A DNA stretch of 64,000 bases from Fistulifera solaris (taxonomy: Eukaryota). The notes beneath the pieces were generated by a model. It saw only the letters and a program-made list of their open reading frames with translations. It was not told where the DNA came from and did not search any database. The first letter of the stretch is position 1. Every line of letters begins with the position of its first letter. This document shows, in pieces, positions 35,793-47,531 of the stretch. The stretch is from the NCBI GenBank assembly GCA_030295235.1, contig AP026125.1, positions 496,001 to 560,000 of the forward strand, in the 5' to 3' direction. A program made the translations under genes and the position numbers.

Positions 35793-38765
35793 GGCTCTTG
35801 CGAAACGTTGTGTGCCTTATTATTTTACTACTATGGACCCGTGGACTGCATTTCAGTCATGAATTAATATTCTTTTGCGACGGATGTTACCTACAAGTCG
35901 TTCGATCGCCCAGTTTCTTGAGGTTTATTTGTCACTGTTGCAGTAAAACAGTCTTCAACAGTGTTGGCATTATAAGTCACTAGCCGCCTTCGGCGTCTAT
36001 TCGAGGGCTTTTTTTCGTTCTCGCCCTTCCCGCAAGCGGGGGGCTCGATCCCCGGAGATAGCGTCACACCCGTGATTTGGACACCCGGGAGCGCGTTACG
36101 TTACGTGACACACACACACACGGACACAGCGCGCTATTATAAATAGATAGATAGATTATATTTACGTCGAAAAGCCTTGCGAAACGTTGTGTGCCTTTAT
36201 TTTACTATATGGACCCAAAGTGTTGGTTTACGAAGACCACGACTGCATTTCAGTCACGAGTCATGAATTTAATACTGAGTATAATATTCTTTCGAGCGAC
36301 GGATGTTACCTACAAGTCGTTAAATCGCCCAGTTTCTTGGGCTTTATTTGTCACTGTTGCAGTAAAACAGTCTTCAACAGTGTTGGCATTAAAAGTCATT
36401 ATATTTACGTCGCAGAGCCTTGCGAAACGTTGTGTGCCTTATTTTACTATGGACCCAAAATGTTGGTTTGAATCAATATTCTTTCGAGCGACGGATGTTA
36501 CCTACAAGTCGTTAAATCGCCCAGTTTCCTGAACTTTATTTGTCACTGTTGCAGTAAAACAGTCTTCAACAGGGTTGGCATTATAAGTCATTATATTTAC
36601 GTCGAAGAGCCTTGCGAAACGTTGTGTGCCTTATTTTACTATGGACCCAAAATGTTGGTTTGAATCAATATTCTTTCGAGCGACGGATGTTACCTACAAG
36701 TCGTTAAATCGCCCAGTTTCCTGAACTTTATTTGTCACTGTTGCAGTAAAACAGTCTTCAACAGGGTTGGCATTATAAGTCATTATATTTACGTCGAAGA
36801 GCCTTGCGAAACGTTGTGTGCCTTATTTTACTATGGACCCAAAGTGTTGGTTTACGGAGACAACGACTGCATTTCAGTCATGAGTCATGAATTTTTCAAA
36901 AAATATAATATTCTTTCGAGCGACGGATGTTACATACAAGTCGTTAAATCGCCCAGTTTCTTGGGCTTTATTTGTCACTGTTGCAAAGAAATTTTTTCAA
37001 TTTTACTCATTGGATTTACGTCGCAGAGCCTTGCGAAACGTTGTGTGCCTTATTTTACTATGGACCCAAAGTGTTTGTTTACGGAGACAACGACTGCATT
37101 TCAGTCATGAGTCATGAATCAATATTCTTGCGACGGATGTTACCTACAAGTCGTTCGATCGCCCAGTTTCTTGAGCTTTATTTGTCACTGTTGCAGTAAA
37201 ACAGTCTTCAACAGAGTTGGCATTATAAGTCATCATATTTACGTCGAAGAGCCTTGCGAAACGTTGTGTGCCTTTATTTTACTATGGACCCAAAGTGTTG
37301 GTTTACGGAGACCACGACTGCATTTCTGTCGTGAGTCATGAATTTTTCAAAAAATATAATATTCTTTCGAGCGACGGATGTTACCTACAAGTCGTTAAAT
37401 CGCCCAGTTTCCTGAGCTTTATTTGTCACTGTTGCAGTTAAACAGTCTTCAACAGTGTTGGCATTATAAGTCATTATATTTACGTCGAAAAGCCTTGCGA
37501 AACGTTGAGGGCCTTATTTTACTATGGACCCAAAGTGTTGGTTTACGAAGACCACGACTGCATTTCAGTCATGAGTCATGAATCAATATTCTTTCGAGCG
37601 ACGGATGTTACCTACAAGTCGTTAAATCGCCCAGATTCTTGGGCTTTATTTGTCATTGTTGCAAAGAAATTTTTTCAATTTTACTCATTAGATTTACGTC
37701 CGAAGAGCCTTGCGAAACGTTGTGTGCCTTTATTTTACTATGGACCCAAAGTGTTTGTTTACGGAGACCACGACTGCATTTCAGTCATGAGTCATGAATT
37801 TTTCAAAAATATAATATTCTTTCGAGCGACGGATGTTACCTACAAGTCGTTAAATCGCCCAGTTTCCTGAACTTTATTTGTCACTGTTGCAGTAAAACAG
37901 TCTTCAACAGGGTTGGCATTATAAGTCATTATATTTACGTCGAAGAGCCTTGCGAAACGTTGTGTGCCTTTATTTTACTATGGACCCAAAGTGTTGGTTT
38001 ACGGAGACCACGACTGCATTTCAGTCATGAGTCATGAATCAATATTCTTTCGAGCGACGGATGTTACCTACAAGTCGTTAAATCGCCCAGATTCTTGGGC
38101 TTTATTTGTCATTGTTGCAAAGAAATTTTTTCAATTTTACTCATTAGATTTACGTCGAAGAGCCTTGCGAAACGTTGTGTGCCTTTATTTTACTATGGAC
38201 CCAAAGTGTTTGTTTACGGAGACCACGACTGCATTTCAGTCATGAGTCATGAATTTTTCAAAAAATATAATATTCTTTCGAGCGACGGATGTTACCTACA
38301 AGTCGTTAAATCGCCCAGTTTCCTGAACTTTATTTGTCACTGTTGCAGTAAAACAGTCTTCAACAGGGTTGGCATTATAAGTCATTATATTTACGTCGAA
38401 GAGCCTTGCGAAACGTTGTGTGCCTTTATTTTACTATGGACTTAAAATGTTGGTTTACGGAGACCACGACTGCATTTCAGTCATGAGTCATGAATTTTTT
38501 TATAAAAAATATAATATTCTTTCGAGCGACGGATGTTACCTACAAGTCGTTAAATCGCCCAGTTTCTTGAGCTTTATTTGTCACTGTTGCAGTAAAACAG
38601 TCTTCATCAGCGTTGTCATTATACGTCATTATTTTTACGTCGAAGAGTCTTGCGAAACGTTGTGTGCCCTATTTTTCTATGGACTATGGACCCAAAGTGT
38701 TTGTTTACGGAGACCACGACTACATTTTAGTCATGAATCAATATTCTTTCGAGCGACGGGTTACC
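35793..38765. repeat. Satellite array D: 13 modular units of ~190-245 bp
   Basis: Anchor GCGAAACGTTG at 35800, 36179, 36422, 36614, 36806, 37033, 37256, 37497, 37712, 37952, 38167, 38408 and 38652. Confidence 0.97.
35980..36155 (-). mobile_element. 176-bp non-autonomous mini-Helitron
   Basis: The minus strand begins TCTATCTATCTATTTATAATAG and ends with the CGCCGAAGGCG hairpin, G, then CTAG. It sits between A and T of the array motif ATAAGTCA|TTATATTTACG with no target-site duplication; the empty site is visible in neighbouring units. Confidence 0.88.
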
Positions 38766-38893
38766 AGTAATAAAAGATTTTCGATCCGATCTTTTTTTAT
38801 GAACAAGACACGTTCAACGTAAGAATAACAGGATACTAAGGTAGCAATCATCCGATCGTTTAATAATTAACTCTACAAAGCAGCAATAGAAGA

Positions 38894-40255
38894 ATGACAG
38901 AGAAATGGGAAGGAACCGATAACGGTTGGAGAGATTTCAAGGATATGCCCAATGATCTTCACGTTCTCTTCCTCGAAGGATACTGCCAAGTACCCTGGAT
39001 GCAGAACTCTTATCAGAAATACAAGTCGTTTGATGGGAACAATCGATTTGTTCAACTTCATTCCTTTCGTGTCTGGTGTACGGATCCGTCGTATTTGGAT
39101 CACGAAGATATTCCACCGGACGCGTTTGGCGTCAAACGAGGTCAGCAAGAAATCGAAAGTGGAAAGTATCACGCCATTGTTGTGCTGGACTACTCGAATC
39201 CTGAAATACGAGAACAATTTGAAAAGGATTTCGGCAGATTATTGCAAGCCTTCGCTGCTGCGGGTGGTGTCGTAGCTTTTCCTTCCTCCGAGGGATTGAT
39301 TGTGTCGACACTGGCCAAGCTATTTGATGTCGAATGGAAACTGGCGAGCTATTACCGGACAACTTGGGGGCCGTGTCTGAGTGTCAACGAAAGAAACATT
39401 AACTACTCGTTCGGCAATGGTAACTATGCGAGGCGAATCACCAAGGAATACAGTGCTAAGGGTGTCACGATGAAGTCGGTTCCATATCACGAGCGATGCT
39501 TTGGTCTGACAGATACTTCCAAAACTCAATCCCCTGTCCCTTTTAGGAGTGGAAAAGATATTTCAGCGAAGCAGGAAGATGAGAAATACGAGGCCGTGGT
39601 TGCCATGCATGATTATGGTGAAGGTGTGATTGCCTATTTCGGAGACGTTAATGCGGAAGACCACACCATAGAGCTGGTGGCGGCCTTTGTGGAATCCCGT
39701 TCTCCACGTTTACCAATCGATTGTTTCTCCGAACTGGATCAATCGGTATTCACGGCTATTTCGCGGTTGAAAGAAGAGGGTAACGCTTTTTTCAAGGAGG
39801 GAATGATCGACGAAGCACTTCTTTCGTACAAATTAGCCTTGGAAAAATTCGGCCACAAAATAGGCACTCACGGACCACAGCGTGAGTGCCACATTGCCCT
39901 CTGGTCAAATTTAACACTGATGTATATGAAGAAGGAAGACTTTCATCAAGCCGAATCCTCGGCTTTGAAGGCTTTGGAGCTAGAATGGGATCATTCTATA
40001 TGTTCCTACAACTTGGCAAAAGCGCGATTGAACATTAGTCGAACGACTCGTGGTGGTGATTTGGTTCGTCTTCATGAGGCCAGACGTAATCTGATTAGTG
40101 CTGAACGTGGAAACGCGACGCGGAAGCTACTGTGTAGCATCACGGATGAAATAGAGAGATTGGAAAAGAAAAAACGGGGCCGTTTCGGTGCAGGTATCGC
40201 AGCTGGATTTGCAACCGCCATGTCTGGTAAAAGCACTACTCGGCAAACTTCCTAA
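38894..40255 (+). CDS. Uncharacterised alpha/beta domain (class I GATase/ThuA-like by pattern) plus C-terminal TPR; paralog 1
   Basis: Intact 453-aa ORF with LQAFAAAGGVVAF, YYRTTW, YSAK and GEGVIAYFGDVNAE. TPR segment LKEEGNAFFK...LWSNL...ALKALEL. Confidence 0.8.
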   Translation: MTEKWEGTDNGWRDFKDMPNDLHVLFLEGYCQVPWMQNSYQKYKSFDGNNRFVQLHSFRVWCTDPSYLDHEDIPPDAFGVKRGQQEIESGKYHAIVVLDYSNPEIREQFEKDFGRLLQAFAAAGGVVAFPSSEGLIVSTLAKLFDVEWKLASYYRTTWGPCLSVNERNINYSFGNGNYARRITKEYSAKGVTMKSVPYHERCFGLTDTSKTQSPVPFRSGKDISAKQEDEKYEAVVAMHDYGEGVIAYFGDVNAEDHTIELVAAFVESRSPRLPIDCFSELDQSVFTAISRLKEEGNAFFKEGMIDEALLSYKLALEKFGHKIGTHGPQRECHIALWSNLTLMYMKKEDFHQAESSALKALELEWDHSICSYNLAKARLNISRTTRGGDLVRLHEARRNLISAERGNATRKLLCSITDEIERLEKKKRGRFGAGIAAGFATAMSGKSTTRQTS

Positions 40256-40684
40256 CAGGGAGTTATCTGCATCTCTATGCACTTTGCAAAAGTCTTAACG
40301 AGCATTCTAGGCTTAACGACGCCACCCATTCAGCCATACGTCAATCATCTATCTAGACATATATCAATCCACGCTGTGGTCTTTACGTGCATAATTTTTT
40401 CATTGCGTGAAGCTACCATTGTCGATGCAGACCCAGAGGTTATGAAATGCAGATGCTGTCGACCACTGTTCACTAGTCACTACTGTACGCGTTATTTCGG
40501 CGTGACGACGTCACGACTTAGTTTCAGTCATGAGTAGTCGCGATCATCGTCGCGCCGACGCAAATAAAAGCTGCTGCATCACCCATCATCGCAAATCATC
40601 TCTCATTTATTTCAACCAATTATAGGTCTAGCGCAAAGAAGAAGCATCTATACTTTGTTGTCGAACAACGGTCATAACGAAACT

Positions 40685-42006
40685 ATGAGAGACGAGCCAC
40701 GCAGCACAGCTGAGAATGCTGACGGCCAGAGCGAAAGTCCGGACACCCGCAACGACATTCACGTGCTATTCATTGAAGGCGAAGCCTCTTTCATGCCAAT
40801 CAAGTACCAGACATACAAATCATTCGATGGCAAGAATCGATTCGCGCATCTTCATCCGTTTCGAGTCTGTTGTTGTGATCCGTGCTACTTTGAGGGCGAT
40901 GATGAGTACATTCCACCGGATGCCTTCGGTGCCGAACGATGCTACGAAGAGATTGAAAGTGGACGATATCACGCCATTATTGTAATGGATCTTCCACGTT
41001 GTGAATACGATTTCGAACTGATGTACGGTCACTTGATTAAAGCATTCGTTGATGCTGGGGGAGTTGTCGCTTTTCCCTCTTCGGAGGGAAATATTGTGGA
41101 GACGCTAGGAGAAATGTTTGATATCGATTGGAGACCGGGAAGTTACTATCGATCGAACTGGGGTCCATGCCTCGGCGTCAACGAAACCAACATTCAGAAG
41201 TCCTTCGGAAAGGGCAAGTTTTCGAAACAAGTGATCAAGGATTACAGCGTGAAGGCGACTACGTTGGTGGCGGTGCCTCTTCACGAGCGATGCTTCGGCT
41301 TGACGGATCATTCCAAAAGGTCATGGGGAGAAGACATTTCAGTGGAAGCGGATGATCCAAATTACGAGGCTGTAGTCGCTATGCATGAGCATGGCAAAGG
41401 CGTGATTGCTTATTTTGGGGATGTGAATGCGGAAGACCAGACCATTGAGCTGGTGGCTGCCTTTATTGAGTCTCGCGCCCCTCGTCAACCTATTGATTGC
41501 TTTTCAGGACTAGAACAAATAACATTCGTCGCTATTCTGCAACTTAAAGAAGAAGGAAATGAGCATTTCACTAGTGGACGAATCGATGACGCCATCGTTT
41601 CGTACAAAGCAGCGCTGCAAAATTTGGTCGCAAAGCCGGCGCTCAAGGATCCGAAAGGGAATGCCAAATTGCTCTCCTGTCAAATCTGACATTGATGTAC
41701 ATGAAGAAGGAACAATTCTACCTAGCCGAAGCTTCTGCGTTGCAGGCTTTGCAACTGCAAGGGAATCATAGCAAATGTTCTTATCATTTAGCAAAAGCAC
41801 GCTTCAACATAAGCCGAAAGACCCGAGGCGGTGATTTGGCACGTCTTCGTGAAGCCAGCCTTACTTTACTGAATGCTGAACCTGGAAATGCAACGAATAA
41901 TTTGATGCGAAACGTCAAAGAAGAGATAGAAAAACTGGAAAAGAAAGCGAAAGGCCGTACTGGTTCCGGTGTTAAAACTAAATTTGCATCGGCCACGTCT
42001 GGCTAA
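40685..42006 (+). CDS. Paralog 2 of the same domain plus TPR
   Basis: Colinear with paralog 1. A frameshift at ~41617-41625 (CAAAATTTGG) joins ORFs 40655-41689 and 41692-42006. Confidence 0.8.
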
Positions 42007-42147
42007 CAATGCTCATTTTTATGCGCTATACAATCAATCCGGTATAATCAGCAGATTCCATTTCGGTAGGCATATACAGAAGTGTTTTTTACATTCGACA
42101 AAATTCTTTCGATCGTTTACGACACGTCATGAATACTGAATGTTGTA

Positions 42148-42936
42148 CTACAAGCAATTGATTGGATGACTGGGAGCACGCGACTCCACAAAAGCGGCAA
42201 CCAGCTCGATGGTATGGTCTTCGGCATTGACATCACCGAAATATGCGATCACGCCTTTACCATAATCATGCATGGCGACTACAGACTCGTAATTTGCATC
42301 GTTCGGTTGCGGCGGGGCGCGCTCTTCCTCTTCGTCATCACTGTCGTCATCATAGTCCATACAACGGTCCGTTACCCCGAAACAGCGCTCGTGATGCGGG
42401 ACGGATCTCATCGATACAGCTTTGGCACTATATTCTTTGATGAATTCCTTAGAGTGTTTGCCTTTACCAAACGAGTCGAGAATGTTGGCTTCGTTGACGT
42501 CAAGGGAAGGCGCCCAAGTAACTCGGGAGTAGCTTGCCATTTTCCATTCGACGTCAAATAACCTGGCCAATGTTGATACAATCAGTCCCTCCGAGGTTGG
42601 AAAAGCCACGACTCCACCAGCTGCAGCGAATTTTTGAAGCAAACTACCGAAATCCGCTTCGAATCTATGAACCTCATCAGGGTCCGAATAATCGAGAACA
42701 ATTACAGCGTGATACTTTCCACTGTCGATTTCTTGCTGAGCTCTTTCTACACCAAACGCATCTGGCGGAAGACCTTCATCATTTAGGTACTCAGGATCCG
42801 AGCACCAGACACGAAAGGGGTGAAGATGCTCGAATCGAGGTTCACCGTCCAGAGATTTGTACGTTTGATACTTGTTTTGCATCCACGACACTTGGCAGTA
42901 TCCTTCGATGAAAAGAACGTGCAGATCTTCAGTCAT
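42148..42936 (-). CDS. Paralog 3, domain only (no TPR), inverted orientation
   Basis: 262-aa ORF sharing HVLFIEGYCQV.WMQN and YFGDVNAEDHTIELVAAFVESR; it ends at PINCL where the paralogs continue into the TPR. Confidence 0.82.
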   Translation of the reverse strand: MTEDLHVLFIEGYCQVSWMQNKYQTYKSLDGEPRFEHLHPFRVWCSDPEYLNDEGLPPDAFGVERAQQEIDSGKYHAVIVLDYSDPDEVHRFEADFGSLLQKFAAAGGVVAFPTSEGLIVSTLARLFDVEWKMASYSRVTWAPSLDVNEANILDSFGKGKHSKEFIKEYSAKAVSMRSVPHHERCFGVTDRCMDYDDDSDDEEEERAPPQPNDANYESVVAMHDYGKGVIAYFGDVNAEDHTIELVAAFVESRAPSHPINCL

Positions 42937-43314
42937 GATTCTCTTTCCTTTTTCTCCTTCGTATATTTGTCTACTTTGCTTTTACTGGTTGGTTTTCTCC
43001 ATTGAATCTCAACGAATGTCTTTTGTTGCAATCTTACTCCGGGGTAATATGTTGCGATAAAAATTTCGCGTGACCTAACAAAATCCAATGTAAATCCATC
43101 GTACCGGTACCAAGTTTAATTTGCAAACCAAGTTAGGCGTTTCAAGCTTATAACAAGTGTACCGGTCCGTCTGACGTCACACCTCCGCGCCATCTTCGCT
43201 TTATTCACACCACGTTTCCTTCTTCACGAATGAATGGGGATGTTTGCATTTAATGTGAATTAACTTTACTTCTTTCGTGTTGTCAACTTTTACATCCTTG
43301 CAATAACGACAGAA

Positions 43315-43602
43315 ATGTCCCAATTCATTCAAAGACTTGTAAATCATCTAGCGAATGAAGTACTCATCAAAGGACTCGCGAATTCGAAAACATTTCAACG
43401 TTTCGCCGTGCGGACCGACAGTGCTCTGAAAGACCTACACAAGGACGGAGCGCAGAAATTCGATACTGTGATTCGTACGGTTGTTACGGAAGCGACAAAG
43501 CCTACCACCTCGTCAGGTCCGCCGCAACCGCCGCTGCGGGGATTTTCTGGATTTGTGTCTGCATTCTTCAAAGAAATACGACGAGATTTGGGGATGAAAT
43601 AA
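43315..43602 (+). CDS. Small conserved hypothetical protein (NCBP2-AS2-like N-terminus)
   Basis: MSQFIQRLVNHLANEVLIKGLANSKTFQRFAVRT; 95-aa ORF between divergent and convergent genes. Confidence 0.65.
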   Translation: MSQFIQRLVNHLANEVLIKGLANSKTFQRFAVRTDSALKDLHKDGAQKFDTVIRTVVTEATKPTTSSGPPQPPLRGFSGFVSAFFKEIRRDLGMK

Positions 43603-43821
43603 TCGAGGGAAATGCATCGCAGTTGTACGATCTCGATCAATATTAAGGCTGGATGTGCGGTATCGCAATCCACTGCTTTACATCATATCCTCTTGAATAG
43701 TATATTAAATAGTAAAATAATTAGCTACCCTTGTTGCCATTATATCGTCGTTTCAGCACCTGATTTCATGCCTTTCATCCGAATCGAAATAGCTAGACCT
43801 GGGCCTTTGTCGTTAATAGCT

Positions 43822-46800
43822 TTACCGTAGGTACCATTTCCCTTCACTTAGTCTCGCAACCGACTTGAGCAGCCTGCGTAGTATAGCGACATCGCAATCG
43901 GATACATCATCAAACTTTTCCAAAATTTGATCCGTCGATGGGTTCCGTTGACGTACGAAATTCTTTATTCTGAGCAGTAAATCGGCATATTTCTCACTGT
44001 GTTCTGGATCTAGGCTTGGTCCAGCGGTTTCGGCGGCCTCTTTCTTTTGACGGATAGATGCAAGGATATCGCGGGACGAAGAGTTTGGACCTACACATTG
44101 TCCTATCACACCTGCTGTTTGTTTCTTTAATCCGCCGAATCGCACAGGTGCGGTTTCATCTGTTCCTGTCCACGTCGGAGTAAATGGATCATGATTACCA
44201 AGACTCTTTTCCAACGCTCGCACTGCCTCCTTCGCAACCCGCTTCGCGTGATCCTCCATCTCCCTTACAGTTACTGACTTGCGCGATGGATCTCCCTCTA
44301 GATAATGATGATCAAATACCCCCGCTAACCCTTTCGATTTCATCACCTTCTTCAAGGTTTCTTCGTTATCGGCATTATCCGCGGGTCTCGCAGCTGCATC
44401 ATGGCGCACATCTTGGTCCAAATCGACTACCCCAATGCCTTTCGTAACCTTTCCCGTATCGGTGATTCCGGCACCACCGCTGCGTACGCTGGACGAATCG
44501 GCTGACAAGGAAAACAAATCATGAATTTCCCGTTGCGAGAAAAGGCGTCTTTGTTTAGGGTCCTGTAGAATCTTATTCGATAAGGCCGTTTTGAAGATCT
44601 GGCGCTGGTAAATTTTTTCTTCAATGGTCCCGGCGCAGATAAGCCGATAAATCGTAACTTCTTTCTCCTGCCCAAATCGCCATGCCCGCTCTCGAGCTAT
44701 TCGTCACGATGTAGCTGTTGTGAGAGATGGAATCCGTATACTTCGTGCCCGATGACTTTCGAGACTACTTACCTTGAGCATCTGTAGACGGGTTAAAGTC
44801 TTTGGTTGAAAGTGCAAGAAATGGTTAAGTGAAGACTCGTCATTAGACGCAGATGAACACAACAAATGGCTCACCTGGGTCGTATAAGATTATTCTGTTT
44901 GCACCTGTGAGGTTAAGTCCAACTCCCCCTGTTCTAGTCGTGCAAAGAAGCGCAAAGTATGACTCGTCTGAATTGAATTCGTCGACGAGGCGTTGACGAG
45001 CTCCTATGTTGGTGTTCCCGTCAAGTCGGCCGAATTTCCATCCTTTCAGCAGCATAAAACGCTGAATTATGTTAAGCATCATCTTCCACTGACAGAAAAT
45101 GAGCACGCGATGGCCTTGTTTGTTCCACAGAGGTAGGATTTTGGACAGTACCTCCAGTTTGCCAGACCTTTCCATTAGCGTTACTTTCGTCTTTGACGTC
45201 TTTGACGTCATCAAAATCGGACAAGGCATCTTCGCTGTCACTTTCGCGCCCCGGCTTGTTTGAATTTCCATTGTTCAAAAAAACTTGAAAAGACTCGTCA
45301 GGATCGCAAACCAGATCCGGATGATTGCAAATTTTTCTTAACATTGTGATGGCGGCCAGTAAACGGTTCGAGCGCCCTCGTAAAAGTCCAGTAACATTAT
45401 CAGATCGGATATAAGCTTCATACATCTCTCTCTGACGTTGAGTTATGCGACAAAATAGTACATGCTCGGTTTTGCTAGGCATTCTGCTAACCTCTTTCAC
45501 TTCCTTCTTCTGACGTCTGAGAAGGTACGGATTGATAAGATCGCGAAGAGTCAGAGCGCAGCGGTAGGCGAGTTGTACCTGCATAGGCGATGCATTCGAG
45601 TAACCTCCTCGCTTTATGGGATCACCGAACTCAGTTTCAAAAGCGGGCAGCGTTCCTAGTCGACCGGGATACACAAAGTCGAAAAGCGACCACAACTCTC
45701 TGAGGTCGTTTTGAATTGGAGTACCGCTCATGGCAAGACGGTGGGGAGTACGAATCTTCTTGCAAGCCAAGGTAATCTCTGCGTCAGGATTACGGATCTT
45801 TTGCGCCTCATCAAGAACGACATAACTCCAATTATGATTTGCGTAAATATCAGCGTTTCTGCGAACGTTCTCATACGTGGTCACAATGGCGTACCCCGTA
45901 CCACAAAAAGAATGAGGTTCCATACTATCTCGGTCCTCGGCGTCGATCGCCTCGTTAACACGGTCTACTCTGACTCTCTTCAACCACTGATCCAACTTTC
46001 GCAAAAATCCTGACGATATGTTCCGCGACTCTCCGTCCAATTCTCCAGAACTATGAATCACAATTCGTCGGATACCTGGTGCCCACGTCGCTAGCTCATT
46101 CAACCAGTGCTGAAGCATCGTCGCCGGGGACACAACTAGAATTGACCGCAGTTTCCGAGAAGCAGCCATCACCCCTAGGAAGGAGCTCACCTGCACTGTT
46201 TTCCCCTATATATGAGAGAAAACGAAAGTTAGTTCGAACTTCCTCTACAATCATTGAGCATGCCATCGTGATGACGCTTACCAGTCCCATTTCATCGCCA
46301 ATGATTCCACCAACTTGCTGTTGATGCAGTTCCCACATCCACTCCAGGCTTTCGCGTTGGTAACCGAATAAGCGGTTATTGATCCATGCTGGAATATAAA
46401 GCCCGCCTTGGAGCTTTTGCTCACCAGGCTGAGTATCCAGTATGTCACGCTCTTTCATTTCCTTCATCATCGACAAACCGGATTCAATCCAATCGTCAAC
46501 ACGATCTGTGTAGGAATCTTCTTCGTAATCATCTATACTTCGTGCGGACACAGGGACAGCTACATTCACTCTTGGTCGTTTTCGAGAAATTGTTGTGGCC
46601 GGTCGCCGTTGCGGCCGGGAATCAGTACCCGGGGGTTGATGTCGTGATGATCGCCGCACACGTTGACAACTATCCATGTGAAGAGCGAGCTGTGTATCTC
46701 TGTCATCGCAGTCAGTAAGCCACAACTCTTGTGAACAAACAGGGCATTTCACAGATTGAGTTTTTAAATCGGCATTCGCATCCAAAGGAGTAGCAATGCT

Positions 46801-47531
46801 GTCTGCGCCACTTTTTGCTTCTTCGTTCCGTTGTCTGACATGTCGAACTCGGCTTCATCTGAATCTGAAGATACTTCTTCGACATAATGTACTGGTTCCG
46901 CAAGTAATTTTCGCTCGCCTAAAATCTCTTTCCTTCTATTTTGACGTTGCTCGCGAAGTCGACGTAGTTCTTGCTTGTCTTTCACAATGTCCTCTACTTC
47001 TTCGTCAACTGTAGTAGATTGCTGTTCTTTCCTCTTCATCAGGGGAACACGCCGTCGATGTTTCACAGCAACATCCACTCCACCCGAGCTTCCTAGTTGT
47101 TGACGTTGCTGATACGCGGAAGAAACGTGCTCCCTTTTGGAATACCATTCCGACCTTTTCCTTTCCCATTCCGCTTCATCACGCCGAACAGGCACATCCG
47201 TCACCCGGTCAGAAAGCAGCGCTAGTATCATTTGCTCCTGCAAATGAAGTAGTTCGTTTCCCTCTTCTTTCTTTTGCTGCCTCCTTACGTTGGATAGCAC
47301 TCTGTATAATACTTCGATTGGAGGATTGGAAGGTGCCAGACTGTTCAGACTGGGAAATCCCTTCGGAGAACTATCGTCGCTCGACGAAGTCAGAGATGGG
47401 ACCAATGCATGTGCAGCTTCTCTTAGGACCATGTCTTCATAGACTTCCTGGTCCTGTAGCGTCGCAGCGACAGAAGCTAGTACATTCGCTTCGTCGGAGC
47501 TCGCAGGCCCTCCGGCTCCGCCATTCGACAT
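43822..47531 (-). CDS. ERCC6: ERCC6/CSB/Rad26 SNF2-family ATPase (multi-exon)
   Basis: [75 protein letters not shown] and [16 protein letters not shown] motifs; N-terminal CPVC...HMDSC finger. Several introns and frameshifts. Confidence 0.92.

Noticed and set aside
35793..38765. Hammerhead ribozyme/retrozyme, 5S rRNA, snRNA or spliced-leader arrays
   Set aside because: No CUGANGA...GAAA core or recognisable 5S/U-snRNA sequence was seen by eye on either strand. An Rfam scan would be needed to exclude these fully.
35408..38822. Numerous 70-130 aa ORFs over repeats C and D
   Set aside because: These are translations of satellite units in shifting frames, with frequent stops and non-triplet unit lengths.
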